DNA from: Nitrospirota bacterium
GTDB lineage: Bacteria; Nitrospirota; Thermodesulfovibrionia; Thermodesulfovibrionales; Dissulfurispiraceae
Assembly: GCA_963790025.1 (NCBI GenBank)
Contig: CAWBMP010000005.1
Span: forward strand, 352,001-416,000
Reading direction: 5' to 3'
DNA length: 64,000 nucleotides
A program made the translations under genes and the position numbers. A model generated the notes under the pieces. It searched no databases. It had not been told where the DNA came from and saw nothing but the letters and a program-made list of their open reading frames with translations. Below, in pieces: positions 61,130 through 64,000 of the stretch. Positions within the stretch are counted from its first letter, which is position 1, and every line of letters begins with the position of its first letter.

Positions 61130-61579
61130 ATGCTTAAGGCAAAAGACATCATGACGAAAGAGGTGATAACGGTAAAACCCTTGACCTCGCTCGAAGATCT
61201 GGCCCGTATCCTGATAGAGCATAATATCAGCGGGGTCCCTGTTGTAAACGATGAAAATGATTTGACCGGCATAGTCACTGAAAATGATCTGATCAGCAAG
61301 AACAAACGTTTGCACATCCCCACAGTCATGAGGCTATTCGATGCCTATATAATGCTTGAAAGCCCGGCGACAATTGAAAAAGAGATCAGGAGAATGGCGG
61401 CTGTCACCGTCAATGATATATTTATCAAAGACGTTGTTACTGTTACCGAAGAAGCTACTGCTGAGGAAATAGCTACCATTATGGCCGAAAAGAAGGTGCA
61501 TCTTATACCCGTCGTCGCCGGAAAAAAGATCCGCGGCATAATCGGGAAAATGGACCTGATTAAAGGGATTGCAAGATAA
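61130..61579 (+). CDS. CBS-domain protein
   Basis: AKDIMT..V, ISGVPVV, GIVTENDL; ATG 61130. Confidence 0.92.
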   Translation: MLKAKDIMTKEVITVKPLTSLEDLARILIEHNISGVPVVNDENDLTGIVTENDLISKNKRLHIPTVMRLFDAYIMLESPATIEKEIRRMAAVTVNDIFIKDVVTVTEEATAEEIATIMAEKKVHLIPVVAGKKIRGIIGKMDLIKGIAR

Positions 61580-61629
61580 AGATAGGTAAAGGTAAAGGTA
61601 AAGGCCTGATATAGGGTGGTTCTTTGTAA

Positions 61630-62160
61630 ATGAAAACAGAATGTCTTTCAGCGAAAATTATTACCGGGTCACCTGAAGAAACGGAGATGATAGGTTTTAA
61701 GCTCGGGACTTTTTTAAAGTCCTATGTGAGTATAAAGACAGTAATGCTTTATGGCGATCTTGGTTCCGGTAAAACAACGCTGATAAAGGGAATTGCCTCT
61801 GCCTTTGGCATTCCGCGGAGAGACCTGTGCAGCGCCAGTTTCGTGATGGTTGCTGAGTATGAAACTTCTCCTCCATTTTATCATATAGACCTGTACCGTC
61901 TGGAAAGCCCTGAAGCTGTCGATGCAGCGGGGGTCTGGGAATATATTGAGACAGGCGGCGTTGCTGTTATCGAGTGGGCTGAAAGGCTTCGCGGGGAGCC
62001 TGAAAATGCCGTTAAAGTATACATTACTCATCTAACGGCCCAGAAAAGAGAAATTACAATAACGTTCAGCGTACTGAGTACAGCGTACTGCGAAAAAGAA
62101 TTTTTTTCGGCGCTGAACGCCGAACTCAGAACGCTTTACGCAGTGCGGAATAAGGGATGA
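61630..62160 (+). CDS. tsaE: t6A biosynthesis ATPase TsaE
   Basis: GDLGSGKTT, HIDLYRL, VIEW; atypical C-terminal extension. Confidence 0.93.
   Translation: MKTECLSAKIITGSPEETEMIGFKLGTFLKSYVSIKTVMLYGDLGSGKTTLIKGIASAFGIPRRDLCSASFVMVAEYETSPPFYHIDLYRLESPEAVDAAGVWEYIETGGVAVIEWAERLRGEPENAVKVYITHLTAQKREITITFSVLSTAYCEKEFFSALNAELRTLYAVRNKG
62061..62135. repeat. In-frame heptamer palindrome in tsaE 3' end
   Basis: AGCGTAC TGAGTAC AGCGTAC TGCG ... CGCTGAA CGCCGAA CTCAGAA CGCT. Confidence 0.75.
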
Positions 62161-63008
62161 ACCGGATAGGGATTATATGTAAAACCGGCAGGCCGGAACC
62201 CGCCGGAATTTTGAAGATTCTTCTCCCCTGGCTTACAGACAAGGGTTACGAGGTGTTTATCGATGAAGAAACCGCGGCGTTCCTGCAGGTCAGGGGATAT
62301 TCAAGAGCAGATATTCCCTCACTCTCGGAGGTAGTTATTGTGTTCGGTGGTGATGGGACCATGCTTGGCGTGGCCAGGCTTATAGCTGGTAAAGGGGTGC
62401 CGATACTCGGAGTCAACCTGGGAGGGCTCGGTTTTATTACCGAAGTGAACAGGGATGAGGTGTTTGAAATCCTGGACGAGATGCTGTCCGGCAAGTGCTC
62501 CATTGAGGACCGGATCATGCTCGCAGTCAGAGTACAACGCAATGGTAAGGCTGTAGCCGATTTTACCGTGCTTAACGATGTGGTCATAAATAAAGGGGCG
62601 CTGGCAAGGATTATAGACCTGGAAACATATGTCAGCGGCAAATATGTTACCACGTTCAGGTCTGACGGTCTCATCATCTCCACCCCGACAGGGTCCACGG
62701 CTTACTCTCTTTCTGCCGGGGGCCCGATACTATATCCAACCCTTAGCAGCATAGTGCTCACCCCTATATGTCCACACACCCTGACCAATAGACCGATTGT
62801 CCTCCCTGACAACGTCGCCATTCTGGTTACACTCAGGGCGGCGAGCGAGGATGTCTTTCTCACGCTCGACGGCCAGATAGGTTTTTCTCTTCAGAGAGAC
62901 GATACCGTGGAGGTAATGAAAGCGTTATTTACCACCAAACTTCTCATACCAATGGAGCGGGACTATTTTCATGTACTCAGGACCAAACTCAAATGGGGCG
63001 AAAGATAG
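62157..63008 (+). CDS. nadK: NAD(+) kinase
   Basis: GGDGT, GVNLGGLGF, LNDVV, DGLIISTPTGSTAY. Confidence 0.97.
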   Translation: MNRIGIICKTGRPEPAGILKILLPWLTDKGYEVFIDEETAAFLQVRGYSRADIPSLSEVVIVFGGDGTMLGVARLIAGKGVPILGVNLGGLGFITEVNRDEVFEILDEMLSGKCSIEDRIMLAVRVQRNGKAVADFTVLNDVVINKGALARIIDLETYVSGKYVTTFRSDGLIISTPTGSTAYSLSAGGPILYPTLSSIVLTPICPHTLTNRPIVLPDNVAILVTLRAASEDVFLTLDGQIGFSLQRDDTVEVMKALFTTKLLIPMERDYFHVLRTKLKWGER

Positions 63009-63067
63009 GCTTCTTAAAAAATCCATGCTTATAGCCGATTATCCGTGCTTGCGCTTGGACAGAACTT

Positions 63068-63829
63068 ATGAATAATTTGGATAGTATACGGATGGTGATT
63101 GAATATTACGGGGAGCTTGGGTTTGACCGGTTGCCGCTGAGTTGCTGCACCGGGTTGCCGGCAGCCGATACAATTAATGGAGAAAGCATTTCTGACGTCT
63201 CGACACCTGCAAATCGTTTACTGACGCATGAAAGGGAAGCTGCGCTTAGGGACTTACGTGAGTTCATCGGCGATTGCCGGAGGTGCAAGCTCTCTCAGGG
63301 CAGAACAAATATTGTTTTCGGCGAGGGCAAAGTCAACGCGCGCATCATGTTTGTCGGTGAAGGACCCGGGAGGGAAGAGGATTTACAGGCCAGGCCCTTT
63401 GTCGGCGATGCAGGACAACTTCTCACTAGGCTCATTGAAAAAATGGAACTTAATGGAGTGAATCTCAAACGCGAAGATGTGTATATTGCCAATATCGTTA
63501 AATGCAGGCCGCCGATGAACCGCGATCCCCAGGCAGATGAGATTGCGACCTGTTTCCCTTTTCTTCAAAAACAGATCGAGATTATATCACCCCAAGTTAT
63601 AGTTTCACTGGGAAAAGTGGCCGCTTACACACTTTTAGGCCTGTCAGACCCGATGGCCAAGTTTTCGATCACAAGAATCCGGGGGAAATTCAGTGACTAC
63701 AAAGGAATACCGCTTATGCCGACCTTTCATCCCGCGTACCTGCTCAGGAACCCGCGTGATAAATGGCTCACATGGGAGGATGCTCAGGCTGTCTTGAAAA
63801 AACTCGAATCATTGGAAAATGATATATGA
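63068..63829 (+). CDS. Uracil-DNA glycosylase family 4 (Fe-S)
   Basis: CRRCKL, GEGPG..ED, PFVG, NIVKCRPP, TFHPAYLLR. Confidence 0.95.
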   Translation: MNNLDSIRMVIEYYGELGFDRLPLSCCTGLPAADTINGESISDVSTPANRLLTHEREAALRDLREFIGDCRRCKLSQGRTNIVFGEGKVNARIMFVGEGPGREEDLQARPFVGDAGQLLTRLIEKMELNGVNLKREDVYIANIVKCRPPMNRDPQADEIATCFPFLQKQIEIISPQVIVSLGKVAAYTLLGLSDPMAKFSITRIRGKFSDYKGIPLMPTFHPAYLLRNPRDKWLTWEDAQAVLKKLESLENDI

Positions 63830-64000
63830 AAACACTCTGGGCGCCGTGGAGAATGGAATACATCCTTGGCAAGAAAGATCCCGAATGTCTTTTTTGCGTC
63901 AAGCCGGAGGAACAGAAGGACAGGGAGAACCTTATCCTGTACAGAGGCGGGAACGCGTATGTGATTATGAATAAATATCCATACAACAACGGCCATCTTA
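63826..64000 (+). CDS. HIT-family hydrolase, 5' part (truncated by window)
   Basis: Hand translation MKTLWAPWRMEYILGKKDPECLFC...MNKYPYNNGHL. Confidence 0.9.
   Translation, partial: MKTLWAPWRMEYILGKKDPECLFCVKPEEQKDRENLILYRGGNAYVIMNKYPYNNGHL

Overview
Mostly core chromosome of a Gram-negative bacterium. Gene order and protein character suggest Nitrospirota/Thermodesulfovibrionia; this is an inference, not checked against a database. It contains rpsB(3' end)-tsf-pyrH-frr, dksA-like, truA, xerD, a Lon-like protease, lpxL-mlaEFD, RNase II, def-fmt-rsmB-rpe, aroE-lptCAB-rpoN-hpf-rapZ-cysteine desulfurase, atpF'FHAGDC, glgP, archease-rtcB, yajC-secD-secF(frameshifted)-recJ-panB, ald, nnr-pgeF-tsaE-nadK-UDG and the start of a HIT gene. 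No rRNA, tRNA, CRISPR array or intact transposase was seen. The most unusual signals are: (1) a recurring class of palindromes built from tandem 6-8-mer repeats, with different unit sequences, at gene junctions and in-frame inside recJ, tsaE and atpF; (2) a secreted FGE/CLec-fold protein whose C-terminus looks like a DGR variable region, with no RT or template repeat in the window; (3) an accessory island (about 54.2-57.5 kb) with two paralogous Ser/Thr/Asn/Gln-rich poly-His proteins, one behind a sigma54-type and one behind a sigma28-type promoter, next to a structured non-coding stretch resembling an orphan IS110 non-coding end; (4) a GGQ ribosome-rescue-like gene divergent from archease-RtcB; (5) several apparently leaderless promoters.
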